Origin: Gammaproteobacteria bacterium
GTDB lineage: Bacteria > Pseudomonadota > Gammaproteobacteria > G965277405
NCBI GenBank assembly: GCA_965277405.1
Contig: OZ255726.1
Span: 1,312,001-1,376,000 of the forward strand
Direction of reading: 5' to 3'
Length of the DNA stretch: 64,000 bases
Shown here: positions 42,810 to 52,973 of the stretch, piece after piece
Numbering within the stretch: the stretch's first letter is position 1
How the letters are laid out: every line of letters begins with the position of its first letter
Notes under the pieces: generated by a model
Told to the model about the DNA's origin: nothing
The model's database searches: none
The model's input: only the letters and a program-made list of their open reading frames with translations
Position numbers and translations under genes: made by a program

Positions 42810-43991
42810 TTATGTCGTTAGCGCGGCAATCCCTGGTAGTGTCTTGCCTTCAAGCCATGCTAAAAATGCTCCACCAGCGGTTGATACATAACTAAAATCA
42901 TCGGTAACACCTGCAGTATTGAGTGCGCTGATAGTATCACCACCGCCGGCGATAGCTGTCAATGTGCCACTGGTACACGCAGCAGCTGCGTGTTTGGCTA
43001 CTGTAACTGTAGCAGTGTCGAAGGGGGGTACTTCAAAGACACCAAGCGGCCCATTCCAAACGAGGGTTTGGCATTGGTCAATGATGGCACAGATGTGTTG
43101 CATAGATGCATCGCCGCAATCCAAGATTGTCGCAGTATCAGGGATTGACTCTAAGCCAACCACTCGTGCGGCATTGGGCGTATCAAAGCTATCGGCAATC
43201 CGTACGTCGGTTGGGATGACCAAGGTACAATTGTGCAGTTTTGCTGCTGCATAGATATTAGCAACGGTATCAAGCATTGTGGACTCGACCAACGATGAGC
43301 CGACAGCGTAACCGTGATACAGCAAAAATGTATTCGCCATACCGCCACCAAGGATGATGTAGTCAACTTTTTGCACGAGGTTTTCTAATACAGCAAGTTT
43401 AGTCGATACTTTTGCCCCGCCAACTAATGCCGCAATCGGAGCATTATCAGGGTTGAATGCACGCGCAAGCGCGTCGAGTTCTGCCGTTAAGCCAAGCCCA
43501 GCATACGCTGGGAGGTATTGGGTGATTGCCGCGATGGACGCATGCGCGCGGTGGCTGCAAGAAAACGCATCATTGACATAAACATCACCAAGTGATGCCA
43601 GTTGTTGGGCAAAAACAGCATCGTTGTTTTCTTCACCAGGGTGAAACCGCAGATTTTCAATACAGACGATACTCCCTGCCTGTAGGGTGCTAATTTTTTG
43701 CGGCGCGGCTGCAATATCTGCCAATAATGCAACTGGCTGCTTGAGCAATAACTGCAAACGTTCAACCACTGGGCGCAAGCTCATAGCTGGATCAACTCTG
43801 CCTTTAGGCTTATCAAAGTGGGAAAGAATAACGATTGTTGCGCCTGCGTTGCGGAGGTATTTAATTGTTGGCAAAGCGCGTTGTATTCTAGTGTCATCGC
43901 TGATGCTCCCGCGCTGCAACGGCACATTCAGATCAAAGCGGACTACAACAATTGTCTTACCTAGGTTTGGTATTTGACCGAGAGTATTCAT
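42810..43991 (-). CDS. pgk: Phosphoglycerate kinase
   Basis: RFDLNVP, ENLRF, VNDAFS-SHRAHAS, GGAKVSTK, WNGPLG, GGGDT, STAGGAFL; start ATG 43991. Confidence 0.97.
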   Translation of the reverse strand: MNTLGQIPNLGKTIVVVRFDLNVPLQRGSISDDTRIQRALPTIKYLRNAGATIVILSHFDKPKGRVDPAMSLRPVVERLQLLLKQPVALLADIAAAPQKISTLQAGSIVCIENLRFHPGEENNDAVFAQQLASLGDVYVNDAFSCSHRAHASIAAITQYLPAYAGLGLTAELDALARAFNPDNAPIAALVGGAKVSTKLAVLENLVQKVDYIILGGGMANTFLLYHGYAVGSSLVESTMLDTVANIYAAAKLHNCTLVIPTDVRIADSFDTPNAARVVGLESIPDTATILDCGDASMQHICAIIDQCQTLVWNGPLGVFEVPPFDTATVTVAKHAAAACTSGTLTAIAGGGDTISALNTAGVTDDFSYVSTAGGAFLAWLEGKTLPGIAALTT

Positions 43992-44940
43992 TGTGTAATC
44001 CAAAAGGTTGTAAATATGCGGCGACAACTGCTGCTGCATCAACTCCCATGCAGACATCGACTTGTGGCGTTGCATGCCATTGTTGGTCAGGATGTTGAAA
44101 TGAGCCAAAATCACAAATAGTATTGCCAGCTCCAATCCCACCAGCAGTCACGCGGACGCGTGCTTGTTGTGTAGTGAATAGCTGCGGGTGGGTTACATAT
44201 AATAACGCTGCAGCATCATGGACATTGCAGCCATCGATGGCGCGGAACTGCTTATAGAAATCAGTATAAAAGCGGCTGCAATTCCAGATGAACTGCCCGA
44301 GTTCACCAGCACTGTCTCGCAGTGCCGCAAAATGCGCATTGGTCATTATAACTTGCTGGGTAACATCAAGCCCAACCATCGCCATCGCATGCCATGGTGC
44401 TTGAAAAACAATATCTGCTGCGTGTGGGTCTGCATGCACATTCGCTTCTGCAACCGGGGATAAGTTACCGCCTGCGGCTGCACCGCCCATAACAACCAAG
44501 CCGCCTATGCGCCGTGCAAACCCACTATCTGCACGAATAGCGCTGGCAATATTTGTTAACGGTCCAACCGCAACGATGATCACATCTTTGCCGTGAACTC
44601 GACTCAAGCGCAACAGCATTTCTACAGCGCTTTCGTTCACAGCTTTAATTTTGGCTGGGGGTAAATTGATATTACCCAAGCCATCTTCACCATGGACAAA
44701 AGCTGATGGTGGGCGCAACGGTTGCTGTAATGGTAGTTCGCAGCCATTGGCAACAGGCACGTGCGCTGCCTTACATATTTCTAGAATACGCAAGGCGTTA
44801 TCTGTGGCTAATGGCGTTAATACGTTGCCAAAAATTGTGGTAATGCCGATTAATTCAAGGTCTGGACTTTTGACTGCATACGCAATCGCTAAGGCATCGT
44901 CGATGCCTGGGTCTGTGTCAAATATTATTTTCTGGGTCAT
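43957..44940 (-). CDS. Nucleoside hydrolase (IU-NH family)
   Basis: DTDPGIDDA, VHGEDGLG, GPLTNIA, MGG, AEAN, HDA. Confidence 0.92.
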   Translation of the reverse strand: MTQKIIFDTDPGIDDALAIAYAVKSPDLELIGITTIFGNVLTPLATDNALRILEICKAAHVPVANGCELPLQQPLRPPSAFVHGEDGLGNINLPPAKIKAVNESAVEMLLRLSRVHGKDVIIVAVGPLTNIASAIRADSGFARRIGGLVVMGGAAAGGNLSPVAEANVHADPHAADIVFQAPWHAMAMVGLDVTQQVIMTNAHFAALRDSAGELGQFIWNCSRFYTDFYKQFRAIDGCNVHDAAALLYVTHPQLFTTQQARVRVTAGGIGAGNTICDFGSFQHPDQQWHATPQVDVCMGVDAAAVVAAYLQPFGLHNEYSRSNTKPR

Positions 44941-45829
44941 AATTTTCCTGTATTGATGAATCACTTACTTGTGGTAACGCAGGAATGGATGTTGCTGCGC
45001 CGAGTTGTGTTACAGCTAATGCTGCTGCCTTTGCAGCTGTGTGTAATGCTTGTTTCCGAGTTGCACCAGAGTGGTATAGCGATAATAGATAGCCGATAAA
45101 TGTGTCGCCAGCAGCTGTGGTATCGATTGCTTGTACAGTAAATGCTGGTTGAAATATCTGTGTATCTGTTGTTTGCCAAATACTCCCTTGTTTACCTAAA
45201 GTGACAATGATTTCCATATTCTTGTATTGTTTTTGAATACGTTGAATATTGTCTTCAATACTATCAGTACCGCCAAATTGACTCAATTCAATTTGATTGA
45301 CAATCAGCAACTCTACATGTTCTAGCGGCAAATTGAGCACGCTAGCAGCAAATGGTGCTGGATTAAACGCCAGCCGCAGTCCAGCTGATTGTGCGGCATT
45401 CATGGCAGCCGCGATACCATTTGTTTCATGTTGGCAAAGCAGCCAGTCGCCGCTGTTGGCTTGTTGCAACAGATGTTGGACAGCGGCGGCATCGATGCAG
45501 GCATTTGCTCCAGCAAAAAGCATGATGGTGTTTTCAGCGTTGGCATCGATTTGGATGATGGCATGCCCGCTGGGGGTAGTTGTAGTTTGGATTGCCCGAC
45601 TGTCGATTCCAAATGCTGTGAGTTGCGCACGCAGCCAGGCGTCGGCTGGATTGATGCAGCCAATATGGCAGACAGCACCCCCAGCGCGGAGCGTGGCAAT
45701 CGATTGGTTAATGCCTTTGCCTCCCAGAAACATTGCATACGCATAACTGGATATTGTTTCACCTGGGCGCGCAAATCCATCAACTTGGTAGACGTGATCA
45801 ATGTTGATAGAACCAAGATTATAAATCAT
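44918..45829 (-). CDS. rbsK: Ribokinase (PfkB family)
   Basis: GSINID, GGKGINQ, NPAP, TLG-QG, DTTAAGDTFIG; start ATG 45829. Confidence 0.88.
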   Translation of the reverse strand: MIYNLGSINIDHVYQVDGFARPGETISSYAYAMFLGGKGINQSIATLRAGGAVCHIGCINPADAWLRAQLTAFGIDSRAIQTTTTPSGHAIIQIDANAENTIMLFAGANACIDAAAVQHLLQQANSGDWLLCQHETNGIAAAMNAAQSAGLRLAFNPAPFAASVLNLPLEHVELLIVNQIELSQFGGTDSIEDNIQRIQKQYKNMEIIVTLGKQGSIWQTTDTQIFQPAFTVQAIDTTAAGDTFIGYLLSLYHSGATRKQALHTAAKAAALAVTQLGAATSIPALPQVSDSSIQENYDPENNI

Positions 45830-46364
45830 TGCGCTGCCAGATTGAGGTGGTGAAACTGCATTCGTTGTTGTCGTCAGCAAGCCAGTTTTGAGTATATATT
45901 TGTTGGTAGCAGCTGTAATCAACATCTGGAAAATAAGCGTCTCCTGCCAACATGGAATCAACAACAGAAATATATAACCTGTCCGCTGTTTGGATTGTTT
46001 GCAAATAGATGTTAGCACCGCCACAAATCATTAGTTCATGGTGTTGACTATGTGTCGCATGCCAACTATATGCCTGCTGTAATGAGTTGCAGATAACGCT
46101 GTTGTCACTGAGCTGGATATCAAGCTGACTGGTTAACACGATGATGTTGCGGTCGCGCAGAAAACGCCCAACTGCTGCATATGTAGTGCTACCCATCAGC
46201 AGTGTTTTGCCGAGTGTGTGGCGTTTAAACCAGCGCAAGTCATTGGATAAGTGCCAAGGTAAACGGCAATCTTTGCCAATAATGCCATTGCCTCCATGGG
46301 CAACAATTAGCGAAATAGTAGGATTATCTGGCATTTCCCTTTGATTGATTGTGTTGAGACGCAT
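45819..46364 (-). CDS. folA: Dihydrofolate reductase
   Basis: ISLIVA, LPWHL--DL-WFK, MG--T, R-NIIVLT, GGA-IY, GDAYFP; start may be 46334. Confidence 0.92.
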   Translation of the reverse strand: MRLNTINQREMPDNPTISLIVAHGGNGIIGKDCRLPWHLSNDLRWFKRHTLGKTLLMGSTTYAAVGRFLRDRNIIVLTSQLDIQLSDNSVICNSLQQAYSWHATHSQHHELMICGGANIYLQTIQTADRLYISVVDSMLAGDAYFPDVDYSCYQQIYTQNWLADDNNECSFTTSIWQRNDL

Positions 46365-46475
46365 TATTGTGGCTTGTTTATGAAGTTACATTGTATAAAA
46401 CAATTTATAGCCAAGAACAATTAAATGAGATATGTAGATATCATTTAATTTTACAGACTGAATACGAGATGCCAA

Positions 46476-47471
46476 ATGGGACAATACGAGCAGAACACGC
46501 AGCAGCATACAACGGCTGTGTTGTTAGTAAATTTAGGAACTCCTGAACAACTTACAGCGGCTGGAGTGCGAAATTTTTTAGGTAGATTGCTACGCGATCA
46601 GCGTGTCGTGGAGCATCCTCGGCTGCTATGGTGGCCTATTTTATATGGGATTGTTTTGCCATTTAGAGCTAAAAAAACCTTGGCAAATTATCACAAAGTT
46701 TGGTTGCCAAATGGTTCTCCACTGATGGAGTTTTGCAAAGCATTGGCAACGGCATTACGCAATACATTGCATGAAAATGGCAACAACATTGATGTGCATT
46801 TAGCCATGTCGTACTGCCAGCCATACGTTACGCAGATCACTGCTGAATTAGTTGCGCTGCAATATAAAAAAATCATCGTGTTACCACTGTATCCACAATA
46901 CGCACAAAGCACTTGTGCGGCTGTTTTTGACCAGATAACACGAGCATTACATGCACAAAAATACATCCCGAGTATTTCCTTCATCCACGGCTACCATGAT
47001 CACTCGCTATATATCCAAGCATTAGCAGCACAAGTTCGAGCATTTCAGCAAACGCATGGAGTGGCTGAGTATTTATTGATTTCATACCATGGGATTCCAC
47101 AAAAAGTGGCTGATGGCGGCGACCCATATTATGACTGTTGTCAAGAAACCACACGGCTGTTATGTAAGGAACTTGCGCTGGAGCAAGCGCAATATGCGAT
47201 GGTGTTTCAATCACGTTTTGGTATGCAGCAGTGGTTGCAACCGTATTGCGATGCAACCATTATTGCGTTGGCAGCAGCTGGGATACGTCATCTACAAGTG
47301 CTTTGTCCAGGGTTTGCTGTTGATTGTGTAGAAACGTTGGAAGAGATTTCTATATCCGCCAAAAAATTGTTTGTAGCGCATGGCGGCACATCCTTTGCAT
47401 ATATCCCATGTTTGAATGACAAAAGTAGCCATGCTGAGTTATTGGCAGCGCTGGTGCAAGCGCATGATTGA
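46476..47471 (+). CDS. hemH: Ferrochelatase
   Basis: LLVNLGTP, LPLYPQY, SYHGIP, FQSRFG, WLQPY, DCVETLEEI, IPCLND. Confidence 0.96.
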   Translation: MGQYEQNTQQHTTAVLLVNLGTPEQLTAAGVRNFLGRLLRDQRVVEHPRLLWWPILYGIVLPFRAKKTLANYHKVWLPNGSPLMEFCKALATALRNTLHENGNNIDVHLAMSYCQPYVTQITAELVALQYKKIIVLPLYPQYAQSTCAAVFDQITRALHAQKYIPSISFIHGYHDHSLYIQALAAQVRAFQQTHGVAEYLLISYHGIPQKVADGGDPYYDCCQETTRLLCKELALEQAQYAMVFQSRFGMQQWLQPYCDATIIALAAAGIRHLQVLCPGFAVDCVETLEEISISAKKLFVAHGGTSFAYIPCLNDKSSHAELLAALVQAHD

Positions 47472-48180
47472 GGGTATTACCCGTATCCATTCACCTGCAC
47501 AGAATTCGCGGGTGCGGATGCTGGTGGTGCATTTTACAGAATTAGATACCGCAGCAGCGCTTGCCGCATTACAAGGGTCTGTCAGCGCGCATTATTTGGT
47601 TGGTGATGGCAGCGATGAATACCGCGTCCGCCAGTTAGTCGATGAGAAAAATTGCGCATGGCATGCAGGCGATGCTGTATGGCAGAAAATGCGCCCCATC
47701 AACAATATATCAATTGGTGTTGAAATCGTGTATCAGCCCCACGGCGATCAGTACCCGCCATATGATCCGCAGCAAATACAAGTTGTGGCACAATTGCTGC
47801 AACGCATCCAACAACGCCATGATATTCATCCTATCAACATTGTGGGGCATAGCGATATTGCCCCGCATCGCAAGCGCGACCCAGGCCCGATGTTTCCATG
47901 GGCACAACTAGCGCAGCAAGGCATTGGGGCATGGTATGACGCCACAACATATGCGCGCTGGCATGCGTATTTTGATACGCATGGATTGCCGAGTAACAAA
48001 CAGTTTTGGCAATGGTTGCAGGCATATGGTTATGGCACAACCCATTTCACAGCATGTGTTCGTGCATTTCAGTTGCACTTTCGCGCTGATAATATCAGTG
48101 GGGATGTCGATGTGCAAAGCGCGGCAATTCTGGCAGCATTGCTGAAAAAATATACCGACACCACGTTGTTGACTGGTTGA
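47464..48180 (+). CDS. N-acetylmuramoyl-L-alanine amidase (Amidase_2, AmiD-like)
   Basis: VVHFT, VSAHYL, AWHAG, SIGVEI, GHSDIAP-RK-DPG, AFQLHFR; start ATG 47464. Confidence 0.9.
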   Translation: MIEGITRIHSPAQNSRVRMLVVHFTELDTAAALAALQGSVSAHYLVGDGSDEYRVRQLVDEKNCAWHAGDAVWQKMRPINNISIGVEIVYQPHGDQYPPYDPQQIQVVAQLLQRIQQRHDIHPINIVGHSDIAPHRKRDPGPMFPWAQLAQQGIGAWYDATTYARWHAYFDTHGLPSNKQFWQWLQAYGYGTTHFTACVRAFQLHFRADNISGDVDVQSAAILAALLKKYTDTTLLTG

Positions 48181-48294
48181 ACTACGCCAACAAATGATTC
48201 CATTCATCCAACAGCAGCAGCGCAGCCGGTGATACTCTCTATACTTGAGCCAGCATACCGCAAGCTATTATGAGGAGACAAACTCAGTCACCAT

Positions 48295-51147
48295 ATGGAA
48301 AATATTGATGTTTATGGAGCAAGGACGCATAACTTAAAAAATATCAGTTGCCCCATTCCCCGCGACTCATTAGTCGTTATCACTGGGTTATCTGGCTCTG
48401 GAAAATCATCGTTAGCGTTTGACACGTTGTATGCAGAAGGGCAGCGTCGCTATGTTGAATCGCTATCTGCATATGCGCGCCAATTTTTGTCGATGATGGA
48501 AAAACCAGATGTCGATCGGATTGATGGGTTGTCACCAGCGATTTCTATTGAGCAAAAATCAACTTCGCATAACCCAAGGTCAACTGTCGGCACAATCACT
48601 GAAATATATGATTATTTACGGCTGTTGTTTGCCCGCGTAGGACAGCCACGCTGCCCTGATCATCATCAGGATTTACGCGCGCAATCTACCAGCAATATGG
48701 TCGATGTCTTGATGGAGCATCTCGATAAACGTTTTATGATTTTGGCGCCAATAATCCGCAACCGCAAAGGCGAGCATCTGCAGTTGTTGCAAAAACTACA
48801 GACACTAGGGTTTGTGCGTGTGCGTGTTGACGGCGTAGTAGTTGCTGTCGATGAAGTAGTTACGTTGGAAAAAAACGTTAAACATACTATTGAGGCGGTG
48901 GTTGACCGCGTGCGTATTCAGCCAGCAGCACAGCAACGGCTTGCAGAGTCTTTAGAAAGCGCGGTTAATTTAGCCGATGGGCTGGCAATAGCTGTGAATA
49001 TGGATGAGGAGGAAGAGGAAATTATGTTTTCCTCACGCTATGCATGCAATAAATGTGGCTATAGTTTGCTTGAGTTAGAACCTAGATTATTTTCGTTCAA
49101 TAACCCCAATGGCGCTTGCCCAACTTGTGATGGCCTTGGCAAACAACAAACTTTTGATGAAGATCTGGTCGTTATCGAGCCAGATGCCACGTTGGCACAA
49201 GGTGCGATTGCTGGTTGGAGTAGCCGCAACCAGTATACATTTTCTTTGGTAAAAGCCGTCGCCCAGCATTATGAGTTTGACATTGATATACCATTTTCAA
49301 AGCTGTCCGCAGCGCATCAAAAACTGCTATTGTACGGTACAGGTCGACAGTCCATAACCTTTGTGTATGAGAATGATAGCAACCACAAGTTTGAGACAAC
49401 GCATGCATTTGAGGGAGTTATTCCAAATTTCAAGCGGCGCTATCGCGAGACAGAATCCGCATCAGTGCGCGAAGAATTACAAAAATACATCAGCGTTAAG
49501 CCCTGCGCAACATGCCAAGGTTCAAGGTTACGCCGTGAAGCTATCAACGTGTTTGTAGCAGAACATAACTTGCCACAAATCACCGCGATGTCGATTGAAG
49601 AAGCGGTGATTTTTTTTGATAATGTGGTGTTTACGGGCAATCAGCAAACAATTGCACAAAGAATTTTAAAAGAAATTAATGCCCGGTTACGGTTTTTAAA
49701 CAATGTCGGCTTAAACTACCTTTCATTATCTAGAAGCGCAGACACATTATCAGGTGGTGAAGCGCAACGCATCCGCTTGGCTAGCCAAATTGGGTCTGGT
49801 CTTGTCGGGGTGATGTATGTATTAGACGAACCATCGATTGGCCTGCATCAACGCGATAATGCACGACTGCTGCAAGCACTGTGCAATTTGCGTGATTTAG
49901 GCAATACTGTTATTGTTGTTGAGCATGACGAAGAGGCAATTCGCACCGCACAACATGTTATCGATATCGGTCCTGGCGCGGGGGTTCATGGTGGCACGAT
50001 TGTAGCGCAAGGCACACCAGAGCAAATTGCGAAAAATCCAAACTCAATCACTGGGGCGTTTTTGCGTGGGTCACGGTATATTAGCATCCCTGCTACACGC
50101 CGACCAATCGACGCAGATAAATGGATCTGTCTCAATACAGCCACGGGTAACAACTTACAGCACGTTGACTTGCGCCTGCCAGTTGGGGTGATGACCTGCG
50201 TCACAGGTGTATCAGGATCGGGCAAGTCAACATTGATCAATCAAACCTTGTATCCAATTGCATCTGCCAAACTCATGGGCAGTCGTAATATTCGTATCCA
50301 ACCGCATCAATCAATTACGGGTTTAGAGCATTTCGATAAAGTTATCAATATTGATCAGGGTCCCATTGGGAGAACACCGCGTTCCAACCCAGCAACATAT
50401 ACAGGCGTGTTTACCCCAATTCGCGAATTATTTGCAGCAACGCAAGAAGCACGGTCGCGCGGCTATCAACCAGGCAGATTTAGCTTTAATGTTAAAGGTG
50501 GTCGCTGTGAACAATGCCAAGGCGGCGGGATGATTAAAGTCGAAATGCATTTTCTTGCCGATGTGTATGTTGCATGTGATGTCTGTCAAGGAATGCGCTA
50601 TGGTAGAGAAACACTGGATGTGCTGTATAAGGGTAAAAACATTGCCCAAGTATTGGCAATGACTGTAGAGCAGTCGCAAGTTTTTTTTGCTGCTGTACCA
50701 TCCATCAAACGCAAACTTGATACCATGCTCGATGTCGGGCTTGGCTATATCACTTTAGGACAAAGCGCCACGACGTTATCAGGTGGCGAAGCGCAACGAG
50801 TGAAGCTCTCAAAAGAACTCGCCAGGCAGAATACCGGCAAGACACTGTATATTCTTGACGAGCCAACAACTGGCTTGCATTTTCATGATATTGAACAATT
50901 GTTGCGCGTTATTCAAGTACTTACCGATCAAGGCAATACTGTTGTTATTATTGAACACAACCTTGATGTGGTGAAAACCGCAGATTGGGTGGTCGACCTT
51001 GGACCTGAGGGCGGCAACCATGGTGGACAGATTATTGCCTGCGGTCGCCCAGAAGATATTGTTAAAAATAAGCACTCGCATACTGGTAATTCCTTAGCGC
51101 CGCTCCTGAATGCCGCCGCGCGCCGCCGCTCACAACAATTTGTATAG
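48295..51147 (+). CDS. uvrA: Excinuclease ABC subunit A
   Basis: [24 protein letters not shown], zinc fingers, two LSGGEAQR signatures. Confidence 0.98.
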   Translation: MENIDVYGARTHNLKNISCPIPRDSLVVITGLSGSGKSSLAFDTLYAEGQRRYVESLSAYARQFLSMMEKPDVDRIDGLSPAISIEQKSTSHNPRSTVGTITEIYDYLRLLFARVGQPRCPDHHQDLRAQSTSNMVDVLMEHLDKRFMILAPIIRNRKGEHLQLLQKLQTLGFVRVRVDGVVVAVDEVVTLEKNVKHTIEAVVDRVRIQPAAQQRLAESLESAVNLADGLAIAVNMDEEEEEIMFSSRYACNKCGYSLLELEPRLFSFNNPNGACPTCDGLGKQQTFDEDLVVIEPDATLAQGAIAGWSSRNQYTFSLVKAVAQHYEFDIDIPFSKLSAAHQKLLLYGTGRQSITFVYENDSNHKFETTHAFEGVIPNFKRRYRETESASVREELQKYISVKPCATCQGSRLRREAINVFVAEHNLPQITAMSIEEAVIFFDNVVFTGNQQTIAQRILKEINARLRFLNNVGLNYLSLSRSADTLSGGEAQRIRLASQIGSGLVGVMYVLDEPSIGLHQRDNARLLQALCNLRDLGNTVIVVEHDEEAIRTAQHVIDIGPGAGVHGGTIVAQGTPEQIAKNPNSITGAFLRGSRYISIPATRRPIDADKWICLNTATGNNLQHVDLRLPVGVMTCVTGVSGSGKSTLINQTLYPIASAKLMGSRNIRIQPHQSITGLEHFDKVINIDQGPIGRTPRSNPATYTGVFTPIRELFAATQEARSRGYQPGRFSFNVKGGRCEQCQGGGMIKVEMHFLADVYVACDVCQGMRYGRETLDVLYKGKNIAQVLAMTVEQSQVFFAAVPSIKRKLDTMLDVGLGYITLGQSATTLSGGEAQRVKLSKELARQNTGKTLYILDEPTTGLHFHDIEQLLRVIQVLTDQGNTVVIIEHNLDVVKTADWVVDLGPEGGNHGGQIIACGRPEDIVKNKHSHTGNSLAPLLNAAARRRSQQFV

Positions 51148-51251
51148 CCGCATGCTGGGGCACAGTGGCGCGAACAAACAACACAACAATGAGTGGATAC
51201 ACGATTTAGTTACCAGCATAGCGCATAGATTTGTGCTTGCTATCGCACAAT

Positions 51252-52652
51252 ATGTTTACACCAATTATCGATTCACCTGCTACTAATTTGCGGCGACGCT
51301 ATAGCCCTAGCGAGTTAGTGCAGACTGGAAATGTTGAAATACTACCATGGTGGAGTGCTGGTTTTTGTCGTGTATGGCATGTGCTACCAGTGCGCTGGCA
51401 GCAACGCATTGGCATTATCAGCGATCGATGCCCGCATCCGCTAGTTAATTACACCCTGCCAAGAGATCCTGAAATGTTAGGGTGTACCCCAACATTGTAT
51501 CAAGAGTTAATACAACGTTTTGATAGCAATCAATCTCCGCAGCTATTACTCGAACGGTTAGAGCAGGAAATTAGTCATGAAGAGTCGGTTAGATTTAGTA
51601 AGTGGCTGCTCGACTATGCAATTGAACAACAAGCAAGCGATATTCACATCGAGCCACAGCCACAGGCATATCGGCTACGTTTGCGGGTTGATGGCGTATT
51701 ACATATGGTACGCACATTATCGCGCAACAATGCAGAGTTATTGTTCAATCGCTTTAAGGTATTAGCCAAGCTGAATTTAGCAGAGCAGCGCCTGCCATTG
51801 AATGGTCAATTCATCCACGCATACTATGATCAGCAGCAAGAGATTCGGGTTGCCGTTATCCCAGAATCGAGCGGCACGATGATGGTGCTGCGCTTATTCC
51901 ACAAACAAACTCTCTTTCGTGAGATTGATCAACTCGGTTTTAATGCGCAGCAACAGCCGATGTGGATGCGGGCAGTGAGCGCCCAAAATGGCTTGATATT
52001 ATTAACAGGTCCCACAGGGTCTGGAAAAACGACGACGCTGTATTCAACATTATTGCACCTAGCAAAGTTGAATAAAAAAATATGCACCGTTGAAGACCCA
52101 GTAGAAATTATCGAGCCGTTATTTTGCCAAATACAAGTTCACGAAGCTATCGGACTTGATTTCCCAACGGCGTTGCAAAACCTACTCCGCCATGACCCAG
52201 ATGTATTGCTGATAGGCGAGATTCGCGATGCGCAAACAGCAAAAATCGCAGTCCAAGCCGCGTTGACTGGGCATTTAGTGTTTGCCAGCCTACACACAGC
52301 AGATGTTGCGGGAGCTATTGATAGAATGCTCGACTTAGATGTGCCAGAATTACTGCTCAGAACAACGTTGCGCGCGGTGGTTGCGCAACGGCTGTTGCGG
52401 ACAACGTGCCAATCATGCGCTGGAACAGGGTGTGCCACATGCTATCAAACAGGTCTAAGTGGTCGCGTCCCAATTGTAGAATTTGCAGATCACCACATGC
52501 TGTCAGTGCCAAGCGCTATGTTCACCGGTGAGCATATTCGCGCGCATTTGCGCAGCAGTAACATCATCAGCCTCCGCCAACAAGCTATGGCATTGGTAGC
52601 CACCAACCAAACAACAGTAGCAGAAGTTATTGCGCAAACACCAGATGAATGA
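51252..52652 (+). CDS. GspE/PilB-family ATPase
   Basis: ASDIHIEP, RLRVDGVL, GPTGSGKTTTLY, TVEDPVE, LRHDPDV--IGEIRD, TGHLV-SLH. Confidence 0.88.
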   Translation: MFTPIIDSPATNLRRRYSPSELVQTGNVEILPWWSAGFCRVWHVLPVRWQQRIGIISDRCPHPLVNYTLPRDPEMLGCTPTLYQELIQRFDSNQSPQLLLERLEQEISHEESVRFSKWLLDYAIEQQASDIHIEPQPQAYRLRLRVDGVLHMVRTLSRNNAELLFNRFKVLAKLNLAEQRLPLNGQFIHAYYDQQQEIRVAVIPESSGTMMVLRLFHKQTLFREIDQLGFNAQQQPMWMRAVSAQNGLILLTGPTGSGKTTTLYSTLLHLAKLNKKICTVEDPVEIIEPLFCQIQVHEAIGLDFPTALQNLLRHDPDVLLIGEIRDAQTAKIAVQAALTGHLVFASLHTADVAGAIDRMLDLDVPELLLRTTLRAVVAQRLLRTTCQSCAGTGCATCYQTGLSGRVPIVEFADHHMLSVPSAMFTGEHIRAHLRSSNIISLRQQAMALVATNQTTVAEVIAQTPDE

Positions 52653-52818
52653 AAGAGCTAACATGCTGTCTTACGCAACAATCTTACTAGGCGCTATACC
52701 ACAACATCAGCTATTTCCCTGCGCTGCAATCGCGCCTGCAACGGGTAAATTACTACCCTACAACATCAGCCCAATCTCCGCGGCAACACGCTAGCCAAGA
52801 AGCAATATTCTGTGCATT

Positions 52819-52839
52819 GATACCCGATACCCGATACCC
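52819..52839. repeat. (GATACCC)3 heptamer tract upstream of receptor 1
   Basis: Direct reading; 6 units in the paralogous upstream region. Confidence 0.9.
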
Positions 52840-52879
52840 GAGCGCCGCTGTACTCAGCAATCCAGCGCCAAGAGCGGCG

Positions 52880-52910
52880 GATAATACTTAATGAGAATTA
52901 TTAGCATTTA
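52880..52910. promoter_or_regulatory. Fur box (overlapping sites) upstream of receptor 1
   Basis: GATAATACTTAATGAGAATTATTAGCATTTA; identical at 61801. Confidence 0.75.
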
Positions 52911-52973
52911 GTTATTGCTTTAATTTTTGATCGCAGTAGCGTAGTATTTTTTAGCAATATAGATAGGCAAACC

